A stretch of 64,000 nt of DNA from Paramoeba atlantica (lineage: Eukaryota > Protista > Discosea). Below the pieces are notes generated by a model. The model did no database searches and was not told the DNA's origin. It saw only the letters and a list, made by a program, of their open reading frames with translations. The stretch is from contig CDRNVI010000014.1 of assembly GCA_977017575.1 (NCBI GenBank), positions 434,001-498,000 on the forward strand, written 5' to 3'. Of this stretch, positions 19,911 to 31,530 are shown in pieces (position 1 is the first letter of the stretch; every line of letters starts with the position of its first letter). The position numbers and the translations under genes were made by a program.

Positions 19911-21410
19911 TCATTCTCAGAACTATTCCCGCACCGGATCTTTGTTCCTTGGACCCCCGCAACTGCCGAACAGAGCCATCAATATACATATGAACCTCAC
20001 CCTCACACATGGGGAACGGATCCGAGCCTTCCTCCACAAATTGTAGCTCATAAGAGCTTTTGCTTTTGACCGCTTGAGTGTGTTTAGTTTTCCACCTTGG
20101 AGACCTTAATACCTCATACATCGGAAGTGGTTCAAGTTTCTGCCTGAGCTCATCGCATAGCTTTTGCCAGTGTATCCGATCCTGCGAGTAAACAAGCGCC
20201 TGCTCCAGAGTGACCCCTAGATCATTAAAACTTGCTTCGCTAGGAGAAATATTTCTTGTTTTTTCCGTGCTATTCCATTGAACGAGCTCGCGAAACGTAG
20301 AGGAGTGCCTGAGCATGTGGCCAACGATTTTCGCACGGGCAACACGATGCACGGTCGAAAATCGAGGCGTACCACAATACAAGGACTCTAATGGGTAGCA
20401 GTGTCCGAAATCGTCAAGCTTTGCTGAGTTACAAGCGAATCTCCTCATCATATTTACCTCAACCTCCGTTTTTCGAAGCATTTTGTTAGAAAGAGAAAGA
20501 CAGGCTGCACCAAACGTTAAAATAGGGTAGATCAAGCAGTCAAACAGGCGTATTTTCGTGGCAGCACTCAGAGGAGAAGCCCAAATGCCACTGAGTTTAC
20601 GAAATGCTGCCCATGTGAGCCTTAGCCTGTCCTTGATGGAGGATGATGCTGTAGCATCTTGAAGATGACCAAGATGCCGGTAGGAATCCACAAGAGGAAT
20701 CTTGCCAAGCGATCCTGCTCGAAGTTCTCGCGTCCCCCCCGGAACTTTCCCAAAGGCCATCCACGCAGTCTTGGTTTTCCCCACGGCAATCCTCAGATTA
20801 GCTGGTTTTGCCTCATTTGCCGTAGCTTCGATCATTTGCGATATTTCATGTTTCGTGAAAGCTAAAAGTGCTATGTCGTCTGCGTAGTCGATGTCCTTTA
20901 GTCTAAATTCTTGAATTCCCCTGCTTTTCGTCCCGCTGCTCCTTAGAAGAATCCCGAGCGGCTTGTTATCGAGTGCTTTGTTGAGAATCCTATCGATTAC
21001 AAGCACAAAGAGATAAGGAGCAAGCACGTCCCCTTGAAGAATTCCTGTTTCAATGGGAAAAGAATCCGTATTTCCGTATGGTGTGCGGACTATTCCTTTT
21101 AAATTCGAGTACAAGGACATTACCATCCTAGTAAGCGCGGGTCCGACATGAAAGGCATTCAATGCAGCACGGATGGCATGAAACGATACCGAGGGAAATG
21201 CTTTTGCGAAGTCCATGAATGCCACTGCAATGCCTTTCTTGCCCCTGGTCGCACGAACTCTTGCATCATTCAAAATGATTTGCGCCCCTGCCGTGGACCT
21301 TTCTGGCCGAAAACCAAATTGACTGTCGCGAAGGAGCGGCTCGATGGATGGTCTGATTCTTTTCAGGATCATTGCATTCATCAATTTAACCGCACTGTTC
21401 ACGAGACAGA
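19911..21410 (-). pseudogene. RTE-like LINE RT plus the start of RNase H; upstream part at 26323-26480
   Basis: QFGFR, DFAKAF, GILQGDVLAPYLF, YADD, then YIDGS..GAGIV. NWRPI (26323) + CLVNSAVK (21410) rejoin in frame. Confidence 0.85.
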
Positions 21411-21630
21411 AGTTTTTTTTTTTTTTTTTTCATCAGGTCTTACAATAAGGATTTTTTTTTTGACTTTCTCACTTACTTTCCTACTTGCTCAACTTCTTTC
21501 CCTAACTTCCCCCCATTTTGAAAACGAGCAAAATGTAAAACTAGGAAATGCATGCTACAACCGCACATACAAAACTACAACCGCACATCTCTAACTATAT
21601 ATTAAAAAACGAGTGTAAGAAATCCATTCT

Positions 21631-22141
21631 GAAATCCACGGCGAGGGCATCCGGACATTAACATAATCAAATCACGAATATGATAAAGTAAAGAAGTATC
21701 TAATTGAAAACATAGCTTATGTTGAACGTCTACTTCTCGTTATGCTATGGTTCCTCTTATGATGCTAGTAGATTTCTCCTATTGCTGAATAACGCGCGCT
21801 GTATAAATATTCAAAAAGGGGCCCTGGTACCACACAATTAAACTCAGAATGTTGAAGAAAAGGGAATACTTTGTGAAGGGGCTTAGCCCCCCACGCTCCG
21901 CAGCCGTGGCTGGGGGTTGGTGGGTGGGCTTCGAAAACGTGTAAATAAACTTTGAAGAATAGCCTTCACACAACACAAAATCAACAAACAGAACAATATT
22001 TCTACCAGAAACAATACATACATATTATCAATAATTTCACTTGAAATGTAATCATATAAAAGCTTAAAATACAGCGCGTACAATGCCCGCCGGCCACGTA
22101 AGTAAATAGCCCTCGCCTAAATTTCTTACCGTAAACTTTTA
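21631..22141 (-). mobile_element. Solo YR-element unit (B-spacer-A)
   Basis: Starts GAAATCCACGGCGAGGGC, contains the GGCTGGGGGTTGGTGGG spacer, ends GCCCTCGCCTAAATTTC..CGTAAACTTTTA. Confidence 0.8.
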
Positions 22142-22160
22142 AAAGAAATTAAAGCTAAAT

Positions 22161-25100
22161 CTAGAAGCCATAAGTATCCTCCTCTGTACGGGGCTCCAAG
22201 AACCGACGCAACTGGCAGTTTAACACTGCCCCATTCAATTCTTGCAAATGCAGCGCAAAGTCTCGTTCCACCGCCTGCGGATTCATGGACGATTTCTCGG
22301 CCAAAATGTGTAGTAGCTCTCTTGTGTTGGCGTGAAGTGATCCGCTTGCAAGGATGGGTAAGCACCGAAAGTTGTCCTCTCTTAATATTTTGGTCGCCAC
22401 GTACTTGGTGCGTTTCCTCGTGATCGCGTCTTGGAGTGCTTTTGCTGGCTTGGTACCGAGAATGGAAGGAGCGAGCTCGTGTACGACTGTAAGGTCATAA
22501 AAGATCTCCCCTGTGGCCCAATATACTACCAAATCGGGGCCCGATCGATGCAACGCGCTGCCTTTGCACGCTGTTGCATGCTCCCTCTTTCGCTCTTCGG
22601 AAATTACCTCCGAGCACCCGAGGCACGTGTACGATGAAAACTGACGGGGCTCCCGCTCGCATGGGATACCGGCCTTCATGCAAAGGTCGTAGATGTAACG
22701 AATCAGACAATTGTGCTTCGTAGTCGAATTCGTTCCGGTGCACCTGACGCATCCCGGCACGTGGGTGAGAGCGGTCTCGCCGTTGATTTCCGTTTTGCAG
22801 CCCGGGCAGAGAAAGGATGAAGGGAGCTCCGGGTGACAGATACCGAGCCTCGGCATCACTGCTAGGGTGTATTGTCGCGTCGGTATAAATCGTTCGGTCG
22901 CGTGCAGCCACGAGTAGCTTCCTTTCCGAGTAGTTGCCTGCATTATCTGCGCAGTTTTCTTGGTTTCACACAGACGCGTTTTTATCGCCTTGTGTACTGC
23001 TTTCTCCGCAGACTCTTCTTCCGGTACAGCGGCCACTGTTGAGGCATCGCACGTCGCGACTTGAGCTGAAAACTTTTTTTGCTGCTCTAAAGCTGCGTGT
23101 TGCGAAGCCTCATATGCGGCCACTCGGATAGAGTCCGTTGAAGACAGGCCCAAACCACCCATCGACAGCGGCAAACGAGCCCACTCGACTTGATCGGATG
23201 TCAAAGGACCAAGCCATGCTTTCAGAACGTCTTCTACCTCTGAGTCAAATTCCTTCGCCATCTCTCCAGATGCCTCCGGCGCGTGCGTTCGAATCTGGTA
23301 TCTTTGTCTCACATTGACGCATTTCGACAGGATGAGGCACGAGACATTATTTGCTCCCATTCTCCGCAATCTTCTAAAAATTGTTTTATGCTTACGAAGA
23401 TTCCTTAAAAGAAGATTGCTGACCCGTTCATTTTCTCCGATGTATGCCCCTAGTGCTTTCAGGGCATCTGACTCAGAATTCACCCCGGCCATCTTTAGAG
23501 TCTCTGGAATTTCTCTACCTTCTCTCCCGCCAAACCACACACATTTTCTGTTAGCGAGTTGTACATCTCTCTCGCCCAAAAGGTCCCACAGTCTATAGAA
23601 CGCTTTCGTCAAAAGATCCGCGTCGTCGGACACCAGATTTATGTCATCGATATAGGCAAAAATTTTCAGCGTTGGGTATTCAAGAGCCAATGTTGCGAGC
23701 ATTGGCTGCATGAAGGTGCAGAAAAGAAAGCTGGAAAGCGGCGACCCCTGCCGCACACCTCGAGAACTACTAACCGTGCCGTGTAGCGTACCATCTTTCC
23801 CGTAGAACAACAGTTCAGATGGTTTAGAATATTGCGCATGGAAGAGACGTTGGAAAGGACGAAGCGTAGCATAAGAGTACAGAGAGTCGGCGATGTGATC
23901 GCGATACGGTGAATTGAATGCATTGCACAGATCAATCGACAGAATTTTTTCACCCTTCATGTAGCTCTCCTGAAGTTGATGCACGATGGACTCGCATCCT
24001 GATTTTTGCGATACCCCGTATTGCCAAGGAGCAAACAAAGTGCCAAGGGATCGTTCGTATTTCTGTAGCATAACCACTTCCGCTAGCTTCAGAAACATTT
24101 CCCCAACCGCGACAGGGCGAATACCTCCGTCGGCTTTCGGAATAGCAACCAGCCGCGCTCTTTTAAGTCTTGTCATCACCTCGTCCGCTACCTTCCCGTT
24201 GATCACATCCAAGAGCATGTGACATAGGGCAGAGCAACATACTTCGTCATCCAGAAGTATGCGAACGATTCCATCCGTGGTTCCAGAAGGGCCAGGAGCT
24301 GCTCCCTTAGCAAGACGTCGTCCAGCCTCTCGAAGTTCTTGTGTCGATAAAATCGCCAAAGCTGGAGCATCTGCTGGAAGGTGGAATGTGCGTTCGGAAT
24401 ATGGATGAAGCGTTTTCAATTTCGCGATCGTCTCCTCGTCAGACAGCTTGCGCTCGATTACCTCCTGGTCCAACACTTTTGTGGCCTTAGATGCACATCC
24501 CTCAACGACCAACCGAATCGCTTTTTTGATCGCTCGGGCGTCCGAGGCTTCCTCATCCTCCATCGCATTCTCTGCCTTTTGGAGCTCGCGTTTCGATTTC
24601 ATTGGCCTTCTGCGACGTCTACGCGTGTAGGCCTCACGAACAGCAGCTAAAGAGAACTTCATCGCCGACATCAGTCTATGCCAGATTTTGTTTCTCTGAT
24701 CGTACCCACAGTCCGCATAGTCCCTGATCAATTCCCGGTAAACCGCTATGACGCACGGGACGAATTCCGATCCTATCGATTTGACAGTGGGAATTGGCTC
24801 CAAATCCAAATCACATTCCGTATTGGTCACGCTTGGAATTAATGGATCACTTTGATTTGTAGTGGGTGAGTCGCCAGGATTTCCTTGGGCTTCCGGTCCG
24901 ACTTGTCCATCCATCCACACTATTCTGTATATCCTAACATTCGGTTGCGGTGGTAAGGTCCCCACGAAAGCTTCTTGTACTTGATGACCCTTAATCCCCT
25001 GATAGTCGATAGCTATTTTGCGAATGCCCGCTCTTGTTTTAACTGAATCCACCACTCCAATCGAGATATTCAACAAGGGCTGTCGATCAAAACTCCATGC

Positions 25101-26288
25101 AACTACGCATTCATTCCCTAGTCGAGCGTCTTTAGTCTGCTGCGCTATTCGTTCTGGGCTCAGGGGGAAGTCAACACCAATCCGCACCGTAGCGTAAAGC
25201 GCTCGAACTATCCGGGTGACCGCATTTACATTTCCTGATGTATCTGTGATTCGCAAATCTTCCTTTTCGAATCTCTGCTGCTCATGTGCTGTCGGCGGGC
25301 TATCGCAATCCAGAAATTCATTTAACACCTCATCAGGTGACATGATACCGGGTGTCAAGGGTCTAGGGGTGGCCTCTGTTACCAGAAAGGGTGGTGGAGA
25401 AGAATATTGTGGAGACATGAGTTCTGCAACGGAAATATTCGTAACCGGTAGCGGAGACGGCAACTTCTGAAATGGGGACGACGGATCTGTTGCCGTATTT
25501 TCCGTGGCTTGAGTACGATTCTGCGTGGCCGCCACCGGTCTCTGCGTGGCCGCCACCGGGCTTTGCGTAGTTCTTTCTTGTGCCTGTGGGGATACCGCTC
25601 GGGCGTAAGAAATTTGTTTCTGGCTCACGGTGTTGGGCGACGTGTCAATGTCCCCCCCAATAATTCGTATTCGCGGGCGGTTCCCGTTCTTCGCCTCTTT
25701 TGGTCCATCACAGTTCATGAGATTCAGCCTCTTGCCAAGGCGACGAAATATATTGGACGGCAGGTGTGCAGTTTTAATTTTAACCGTGGACCCGTTTCCT
25801 TCCGTGGACCCGTTTCCTTCTGTCATGCCACTGTTTTGCTGGTTCCCACGTTTGGGGTGTGCCTTCGGAGACGGAGGTGTTATTGAATTTGGAAGCGGAG
25901 GTGGCGGAGAGAGCGGCTCCCGAGGCAGGGGTAGGGTCGACTGCTGGGGCGGTTGCGGAGGCGACTGCGGAAGTGGTGACTGCGTAGGTCGCGATTGCGG
26001 GGGTTGAGGGGGGGGAGGGGCCTGCGGTGGAGGAGCGTTCGGCGATGAGTTCTGTGGGGGCGTGTCGCTCGGCGGCTTGTCGGGAAATTTCTTCTGTGAT
26101 GACAAAGGCGGCAATTGCGTCGCTGGCGCGGCTCGAGGAGGTGGGGAATTCTGTGCGGGTGGAGCGCCACGTGGGGGAGAGTTCGGAGCGACCGGCGCCG
26201 ATTTCTTTCTGCGGCGGGCTGGGGCTAGAGGCAAAATCTCGGGAGCTACTCCTGATTCTTTCGCCTTGGAGCGAGTTACCACTCCCAT
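22161..26288 (-). CDS. Intact family B polyprotein (~1375 aa)
   Basis: MGVVTRSKAK start; DLCNAFN, GVRQGSPL, YIDD, CPGC..HVPGC, CLGC..HATAC, RSGPD..YDLTV. The track extension to 26477 is a fused RTE fragment. Confidence 0.9.
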   Translation of the reverse strand: MGVVTRSKAKESGVAPEILPLAPARRRKKSAPVAPNSPPRGAPPAQNSPPPRAAPATQLPPLSSQKKFPDKPPSDTPPQNSSPNAPPPQAPPPPQPPQSRPTQSPLPQSPPQPPQQSTLPLPREPLSPPPPLPNSITPPSPKAHPKRGNQQNSGMTEGNGSTEGNGSTVKIKTAHLPSNIFRRLGKRLNLMNCDGPKEAKNGNRPRIRIIGGDIDTSPNTVSQKQISYARAVSPQAQERTTQSPVAATQRPVAATQNRTQATENTATDPSSPFQKLPSPLPVTNISVAELMSPQYSSPPPFLVTEATPRPLTPGIMSPDEVLNEFLDCDSPPTAHEQQRFEKEDLRITDTSGNVNAVTRIVRALYATVRIGVDFPLSPERIAQQTKDARLGNECVVAWSFDRQPLLNISIGVVDSVKTRAGIRKIAIDYQGIKGHQVQEAFVGTLPPQPNVRIYRIVWMDGQVGPEAQGNPGDSPTTNQSDPLIPSVTNTECDLDLEPIPTVKSIGSEFVPCVIAVYRELIRDYADCGYDQRNKIWHRLMSAMKFSLAAVREAYTRRRRRRPMKSKRELQKAENAMEDEEASDARAIKKAIRLVVEGCASKATKVLDQEVIERKLSDEETIAKLKTLHPYSERTFHLPADAPALAILSTQELREAGRRLAKGAAPGPSGTTDGIVRILLDDEVCCSALCHMLLDVINGKVADEVMTRLKRARLVAIPKADGGIRPVAVGEMFLKLAEVVMLQKYERSLGTLFAPWQYGVSQKSGCESIVHQLQESYMKGEKILSIDLCNAFNSPYRDHIADSLYSYATLRPFQRLFHAQYSKPSELLFYGKDGTLHGTVSSSRGVRQGSPLSSFLFCTFMQPMLATLALEYPTLKIFAYIDDINLVSDDADLLTKAFYRLWDLLGERDVQLANRKCVWFGGREGREIPETLKMAGVNSESDALKALGAYIGENERVSNLLLRNLRKHKTIFRRLRRMGANNVSCLILSKCVNVRQRYQIRTHAPEASGEMAKEFDSEVEDVLKAWLGPLTSDQVEWARLPLSMGGLGLSSTDSIRVAAYEASQHAALEQQKKFSAQVATCDASTVAAVPEEESAEKAVHKAIKTRLCETKKTAQIMQATTRKGSYSWLHATERFIPTRQYTLAVMPRLGICHPELPSSFLCPGCKTEINGETALTHVPGCVRCTGTNSTTKHNCLIRYIYDLCMKAGIPCEREPRQFSSYTCLGCSEVISEERKREHATACKGSALHRSGPDLVVYWATGEIFYDLTVVHELAPSILGTKPAKALQDAITRKRTKYVATKILREDNFRCLPILASGSLHANTRELLHILAEKSSMNPQAVERDFALHLQELNGAVLNCQLRRFLEPRTEEDTYGF

Positions 26289-26322
26289 TGAAGAGTAAAC
26301 GATTAGAAAATAATCAACAAGG

Positions 26323-26480
26323 ATTGGCCGCCAATTCGCTATTTGTGTCAGGTCGCCTTTTTTTGGAATAGGCACCTGAAGGACAATTTTCCAGGACGCA
26401 GGCGAAACCCCTGTTCGATGAACCTCGTTTATAATATGTAATAAGGATTTTCTCAGCTCAGCATGTTCTGTGATCATTCT
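26323..26480 (-). pseudogene. RTE-like RT N-terminal fragment
   Basis: PASWK..VPIPKKGDLTQIANWRPI. Confidence 0.8.
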
Positions 26481-26482
26481 GA

Positions 26483-29188
26483 GATCATTCTGACAGCGAC
26501 TTCGAAAACCCTGAGGAGTTCCCTCCGATTCAAAATACGGAGAGCATAAACTACCACGATCCTGGAGACCGAGCTACCGAAGAGAAGCAGAAAGAGCGAA
26601 CTAGAGATGAAACTGCAGAAACACAGGTACCAAGTCCAGAGTGCATTGATGCGCAAAACTTCGTCACGCAACGCGATTTTTTCGACTGCGAATCTCCCAT
26701 TTCTCCTTCGACCGAAGTACTAGCGAGCGATGCCGCGGTGTCACCCGATGACGTTGCCCGTGCAATTCAGCAAGAAATAGACCCGAAGACTCAGTTCCCT
26801 ATCCCAGCAGATGAAATAAACACCATGTCGTATAATGCAAAACCCGGAGACCGTTGCATTATCGCTTGGAGCTTTGACTGTACACCGGCGATGAACATTT
26901 CTCGTGGAGTGGTCCAGACTTCCCGTAAACGAGGTAATATCAGAAAGCTGGCTATGGAATACACGGGAGTACTCGGACATAAGGCAGGGGAAATATTTCC
27001 TGGACATATCCCTCCGCAAGCCAACGTTCGTGTTTTCAAACTGATGTGGGACGCCAGCGTGCAACAAGATACGACCCATACCACACAAACTGTCAAATGC
27101 CGACACACAGAAGACGATTTGGACCTGGAGCCAATGCCAACTCTGCGCACAGTTGCACCGGAGTTTATCCCTTGCGTGATCGCAATCTATAGAGATATAG
27201 TACGTGACTATGCCGATAGCGCGTATCCCCAACGCCACCGAATTTGGCACAAGCTCCTTTCCGCCATGAAATACTCGTTAACCACGATTCGTAAAGTCAC
27301 TGTCAAGCGACGTCGACGACGCCCCCTACAATCCATGGAGTCGCAAACGCCAACAAACGAAGGAACAGGCTCCAGTCCTGATATTAATGTTAGCGATAAG
27401 CGGGCCATTAAAAAGGCTACTAGTCTCGTGATGGACGGATGTGTTTCAAAAGCTACACGCGTTTTAGATCAGGAAATCGTTGCGAAGTCATTGAGCGACG
27501 ATGACACTCTTGCAAAACTTCGCGATTTACACCCCGATCTGCCGGTAAACTTCCAGATTCCACAAGACGCACCTATCACGGCATGCATCACGCCTGATGA
27601 GCTTAGAGAAGCCGGTAGACGCATGGCTAAAGGTGCTGCGCCGGGGCCGACAGGAACGACGGACTTAATTCTACGCATGCTATTAGATGATGAAGTATGT
27701 TGCGTCAGCTTAACTCACATGTTCACCGATTTGATAAATGGATCAGTTTCTGATGAAGTAATGAAGCGACTTAAGCGAGCACGTCTTGTTGGTATCCCGA
27801 AACCTGCAGGAGGAATACGACCGATAGCCGTCGGAGAGGTATGGCTGAAACTCGCCGAAGTAGTACTCCTACAACGGCACGAAAAAAAGCTCGCCCCACT
27901 ATTCTCACCGCATCAATACGGGGTAATGGTCAAATCAGGTTGTGAGCGTGTCGTACACGAACTGCGCGAAAGGTACATAGAAGGCTGCAAAATTCTGTCA
28001 ATTGATCTTAAAAATGCGTTCAATTCTCCTTCGCGAGATGAAATCGCTAAAGCAGTCTTCGCCTTCAGCTCCCTACGTCCCTTCTATCGACTATTTTGCG
28101 CAGAATACGGAAGCCCATCTGAACTTTTGTTTTATGGAAAAGATGGTAAACTTTGCAATACAGTCATGAGCGCGGCGGGCGTGCGCCAAGGATCGCCACT
28201 GTCCTCAGTACTATTTTGTGCCTTTCTCCAACCAATGCTCGAGACGATTGCCGATGAATTTCCAAGTATCCGCATATATGCTTTTGTGGATGACATAAGC
28301 TTTGCTTCGCAGGACGCCGACCTTCTGACTTCTGCGTTCCTCCGCATACGTGAGCTATTAGCCGAAAAGCGTGTTGAAATGTCCCCTACAAAATGTGTTT
28401 GGTTTAATGGAATCGAAAATGTGCCAATTCCGCATGGGCTACAAAATGAGGGAGTAACGTCGGAATCAGGTTCAACAAAAATTCTTGGTGCGTTTGTCGG
28501 AGAAACCCAACGAGTGAGCGACCAGCTCGTGCTAAAATTGAGAAAACACCAGACGGCATTCAGGCGTTTGAACCAGATGGGCGCCAGCAACGTGTCGCTT
28601 GTCTTACTTTCGCGGTGTGTGAATGTAAGACATCGGTATCACATACGCGTCCATGATCCCGAAAGTTCCCTCGAGCTCACTCGACGATTTGATCAAGAGG
28701 TGACTAACACTCTCAAGACGTGGTTTGGTAAATTGTCCGCGAATCAAATATCATGGGCGAGACTCCCATTGAAAAAGGGAGGACTCGGCCTCACACCCTC
28801 CGAACAAATTCGAGAAGCTGCGTTCAATAAATCGAAACAACAGGCAATGGAGCGACCAGTCTATCTTTCAGCTCCCGTCTGTGGCTTTGAATCAAGTGAG
28901 CGCACGCCGATGCTGTCTCAGGGTGAGTCGCAAACCCCGACCGACGAACCAACCTCAGAAGAATTGTACCATCAAGACATTCGCGACAGGCTCATGGAGA
29001 CTCCTCGTCAAGCTGACATTATCCGAGCCGCGAGTACCAAAGGTAATTACTCTTGGCTGCAATCATGTGCTAAACTGATTCCCCCACGACTTTTTACGCT
29101 TGCTGTTATGCCAAGACTCGGTATAGCACACCCTAAGCTCCCAAGTCATCTAAAATGCCCAGGTTGCCATATCCTGCTTACGAGTGAT
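26483..29188 (+). pseudogene. Family B element truncated at both ends
   Basis: Frame open from 26483 (FFDCESP) through DLKNAFN, GVRQGSPL and FVDD; stops at CPGC where a poly(T) begins. Confidence 0.85.
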
Positions 29189-29680
29189 AATTTTTTTTTT
29201 TTTTTTTTTTTTATTGGGGGGGGGTATACGAGTTGAAAACAAACAATCAAATTAGCAATTCTTTTTCTGTCAATTTTTTTTTTTTTTTTTGCAGATAATA
29301 GGGGGGGAAGAGTACGAGTTCTAACTTTATATATGTATGTGCGGTATGACTTTCTCACTTACTTTCCCACTTGCTCAACTTCTTTCCCTCACTTCCCCCC
29401 ATTTTAAAAACGAGCAAAATATATAACTAGCAAATACATGCTTTCCCATCTTACCAATTTTTTTTTTTTTTTTTTTTTTTTTTGACTTTCTCACTTACTT
29501 TCCTACTTGCTCAACTTCTTTCCCTAACTTCCCCCCATTTTGAAAACGAGCAAAACGTTTCCAGAACGAGTCCAACATTTCCACAATTTCCACACTTATG
29601 GTCCTTCACTTTCCCTTACTCCACATACTTTCCACACCTACTCCCCTTTTTTGCTTCTCGATATTCACTGCTACATTTTT
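29189..29680 (-). mobile_element. Stack of short poly(A)-tailed 3'-end fragments
   Basis: 29213-29275 matches the family A 3' end; 29291-29456 matches 11229-11395; the pieces are separated by T tracts. Confidence 0.7.
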
Positions 29681-29690
29681 TTTTTTTTCA

Positions 29691-31121
29691 ATGGATTCGA
29701 CAAAAGCAGTTCAAGTTTCACCAACAGTGTTGCAAGTCTCACCGGAAACACCCGTAACACACAACTTCCACGACTGCATATCGCCATCTCCGGAGCTATC
29801 CCAAAAGTGCAGGTCACCCAACACACGAGCTGCGGCAATGGACGATGAAGAAACGGGGGATGCTGTTACGCACGAAGCACGCAACACTACAATCGAATCC
29901 AAAAAAAATCAGAACAGTGCCATAATATTCGTAGGCCATAGCGAAGATGAAGTGGAGAAACGAGCCCTGGAGCTGATGCAGTCGGCGAAACCAATTTCTC
30001 AATTTCCCCTGTCTTCGGAAGAAATCTGGTCGCGCTCGAAAACCATAAAAAACGGAACGACCTGCACAGTAGCATGGACGTGGGACCGACAAACGACACT
30101 CAACATTTCGCTAGGAAAAGTGGTAAAAACGTACAAACGGGCATCCAAAGGTAAACTTACTATTCAATATACAGGAGTCGTTGGACATAAGGCAGGAGAG
30201 AATTTTGATGGATGTATCCCACCACAAGAAAACGTTCGTGTCTTTCAAATTCTGTGGCACTGCGCCCCTCCTCCGATAGATTTTACGACACCGGAAGTGC
30301 TTGAATACACACCGCCGGTGGGAAGCACCCAACAAACAGCTCCTGACGAAGACGTAGACCACCTACCAGTGCCAACGGCGCGCAGCTTCTCCCCTGAGTT
30401 TGTGCCGTGCGTAGTTGCGGTGTACCGGGATATTATGTTCGCCTATGAAAAAAGCGACTACGCTGGGCGCCACAAAATCTGGAATCAAACACTTTCAGCT
30501 ATGAAAGTCTCTCTGGTAACAATTCGAAGCTCTAGCGGACGACAACGACGGCGGAAACCACACAAGGAGCACACGAGCCCGCAGGACGGCTCATCAGAAG
30601 AGGCAAAGACAACTGCCGATGACGTGCGAGCAGTAAAGAAAGCGACAAGACTCGTGCTTGAGGGGTGCTCCACTAAAGCGGCCAAGGTCATGGGTCAGAC
30701 CTTCACCCGCAACATGCTGTCCGACGCCGAAACGCTGGAAAAATTGCGAATGCTTCACCCTGCACAAACATGTGACTTCAAACTGCCAGATGACGCGCCA
30801 ATCATCGCCGGGGTCTCTCCAGAGGAGCTGCGTGCAGCAGGTCGAAGGCTAGCGAAGGGAGTCAGCCCAGGCCCAACGGGAACGACTGACAACGTGCTAC
30901 GACTTCTGCTGGACGATGAAGTGTGCTGCACGAGCCTTTGTCACATGATGGCCGATCTACTGAACGGTTTTCTTTCGCGACAAGTTTTACGGCGGCTAAA
31001 CAGAGCGAGGTTGATCGCTATCCCGAAACCAGATGGAGGCGTTCGGCCAGTTGCTATGGGAGACGTTTTTGGAAAGTTAGCGGGAATCATTCTTTTTCAA
31101 CGCTATGAAAATACCCTGTGA
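29691..31121 (+). pseudogene. Family B fragment (N-terminal domain to RT start)
   Basis: Conserved AWTWDRQ..NIS block and RLIAIPKPDGGVRPVAMG; truncated at 31120. Confidence 0.85.
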
Positions 31122-31530
31122 CACAACCCGGTGCCAGTAAAACGAGGCACTAAATAATTAGGGTGGATGTCATTCTGGCAACGTAGAATGGGTGGCACCG
31201 CCCGGTACCGAATATAACAAGGTACTAAGAAACTAGGGTGGGTGCCATTCGGGCTAATCTTTGGAATGTGTTTGTGTTTTTTTTATCCACCCTCAAAAGA
31301 TAGAGTGGTTTTTTTGGTCAAGGGGCGCCTTATTTGCATTACCTAAGGCGCAGGGGTATAGCGCACCCCACCTCCCTAGCTGTAACCTAACTCCTCTCCA
31401 AGCGGAGGTCAGCCGTAGCTTGCTATGGCTGGCTCTCCGGATACGTCGCAAGACGTATTCGGACTGCCCGTTTGGGGAGTTGAGGGGCCATAACTTTTCG
31501 GAGTCAAAAGGCCCAATACATCATCATCAT
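31122..31530 (+). mobile_element. Structured putative LINE 3' end with a (CAT)4 tail
   Basis: Several hairpins, including a GCAA-capped stem at 31437-31462; CAT repeats at 31519-31530. Confidence 0.45.

Larger units (their letters stand above)
21413..26322 (-). mobile_element. Full-length family B element inserted in the RTE-like LINE
   Basis: Begins with the last 8 nt of the SL (CCTTGTTG, 26315-26322), has an intact ORF and a poly(A) at 21413-21430, and carries nested inserts in its 3' region. Confidence 0.85.

Noticed and set aside
31155-31245. Telomeric TTAGGG-type sequence
   Set aside because: Isolated TTAGGG/CTAGGG hexamers within hairpin units, not an array.
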